This document shows positions 62,631-64,000 of a DNA stretch of 64,000 nt, piece by piece. This stretch comes from Phoronis australis. Taxonomy: Eukaryota > Animalia > Phoronida. The notes under the pieces were generated by a model. The model was given only the letters and a program-made list of their open reading frames with translations. It was not told the DNA's origin and searched no databases. The stretch is from contig NMRA01000160.1 of NCBI GenBank assembly GCA_002633005.1, forward strand, positions 524,065-588,064. Direction: 5' to 3'. The translations under genes and the position numbers were made by a program. The first letter of the stretch is position 1, and every line of letters starts with the position of its first letter.

Positions 62631-64000
62631 CTATTGGTCCTTCTCTTTGTGCCATAAACGGTCCATTTCCGGTACCCAGAACTTGTCTCCGTCAGCCTGC
62701 GGTATCATGTAGAACACTTGGTCCCTCTCATACACTTCAACGGCTGGGTTCAATTGCAGCTTGTTCCCCTGGAATACATGACGCGTATCAACTACTGGTA
62801 TCTCTTTCATGAAAAGCGACTTAAAAGACTTAAAAACAAATATTTGGTTTACGCTTCTACTACACAACTACTGAATAAAGGTTAAGTTAGGGGTCATCAG
62901 TGTATCCCAGTCTAGAAATAATTAATAGAAATTATTACAGTAACTAGTAGTTTTGTGTAAATTATCAGAGACTGCATTTTTGCTCAAGTGAGATTTAATT
63001 ATTTTTCTGAAATAGTTTTGTCAAGCGTAAGACCAAATATGCGTACCTGTCCCTTGTATTGGCCATCCATACATGATGTAAAGAACCTAATCCTAACGTA
63101 CTTGGACCACACCAAAGAAATTTTCACTGGATACCTTTTGTAACAAGTGCATTTGCAACGCCGGGAGAACAATCAATAAGTCGACCCAGATGATTGGATT
63201 ATGCACAGTGGCAGATGTACGTTTTCAGTAAAGGGGGGAGGGTTAGGATTCGAGCGAATCCGAGGCGCATAGCGCTGAGCGGAAGGAAGGTCGAGAGGGA
63301 GTTTCCCCCTCCCGTGTAAGATTTTTTGTGGTTTTTAGTAGCTGAGTTTCGTTTTTCTGGCGTAATTATTTTCAATTTTCATTTTTGATCCTTTCCCGAG
63401 GGGGGGTGAAACACCCTGAACCCCCTCCCCCTGTAGACCCGCCTCTGATTCAAGATTTTTTGAACTCAGTAACTTCAAGTACTTGACTTTAATGAATAAC
63501 AATGTGCATTAGACTAAATTTATCGAATCTCATACTGTGTTCCGGTTTTATTTAAGGAAACTATAAACCAGCCTCCAATAAAAAAATAATTTCGGCCACA
63601 TAACGTCATGACATTGGTATCAAACTGTGCCTTAGTCAAGTTAGAGGGGATTTCAGCTGACAGGTCGTTATTGCTTGAGACTGGGCCGCACAAGTTGGTT
63701 TGTCACTGCGTGACATTTCATGCACCGAACAAGGTCTCGAGGAATAACAAAGTGTCATAGTTCTTTGCAAGTCCTTAAATTACTTCTCACTGAGTAAGGA
63801 ACAAGCTGATATAGGAACAAGTGGTCGAAATCACTCGAGTTTGCTTCTTTGACAGGACACGGTTAACCGCTTTGATAATTATGGTCAAAATAAACTTTTC
63901 AGCACATACTAACTTAGTATGCATGCAATGACTAATTGGGTGCAAATACCTTGATATATTTCATGATGGCAGGGTAAGCCTTCCAACCGCCGATACCAGA
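62631..64000 (-). CDS. Probable last three coding exons (63950-64000 partial, 63047-63126, 62631-62819) of an unidentified gene entering from the right edge
   Basis: GT/AG-bounded segments join in frame: ...WYRRLEGLPCHHEIYQ/VKISLVWSKYVRIRFFTSCMDGQYKGQ/SLFMKEIPVVDTRHVFQGNKLQLNPAVEVYERDQVFYMIPQADGDKFWVPEMDRLWHKEKDQ*. Alternative acceptors exist at 63134 and 62828. I do not recognise the protein. Confidence 0.5.
63206..63447. mobile_element. Related MITE (CAGTGGCAGATGTAC ... GTAGACCCGCCTCTG)
   Basis: Imperfect TIRs, G/C-run subterminal regions, flanks ATGCA/ATTCA. Confidence 0.55.

Overview
Eukaryotic, AT-rich animal DNA, most likely from a lophotrochozoan: tropomyosin exon 5 reads AARKLAINEVDLERAEARLEAAE, the mollusc/annelid-type sequence. 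It is a draft assembly with one 156-N gap and three single-n joins. The minus strand carries four loci: (1) an intronless FoxQ2-class forkhead gene (5079-5903); (2) a small uncharacterised coiled-coil ORF (11522-12001); (3) a ~41 kb tropomyosin gene (about 18330-59720) that the ORF track mostly misses; (4) probable 3' exons of an unidentified gene at the right edge. I reconstructed the tropomyosin gene exon by exon from GT/AG sites and phases, and the path 1a-2-3-4-5-6-7-8-9 gives exactly 284 aa. The locus is unusually rich in alternative exons: four tandem exon-4 variants, three exon-6 variants, three exon-9 variants and three N-termini (1a+2, 1b, and a 210-aa Lys-rich low-complexity head exon with a phase-compatible donor). 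That allows up to 108 in-frame combinations. Also seen: an in-frame 8-aa extension upstream of MDAIKKK, positionally patterned TGCATG (Rbfox) motifs, and donor-like sites just after two stop codons. The rest is intronic or intergenic sequence with MITEs, SINE-like fragments and two probable haplotype-duplication artefacts.
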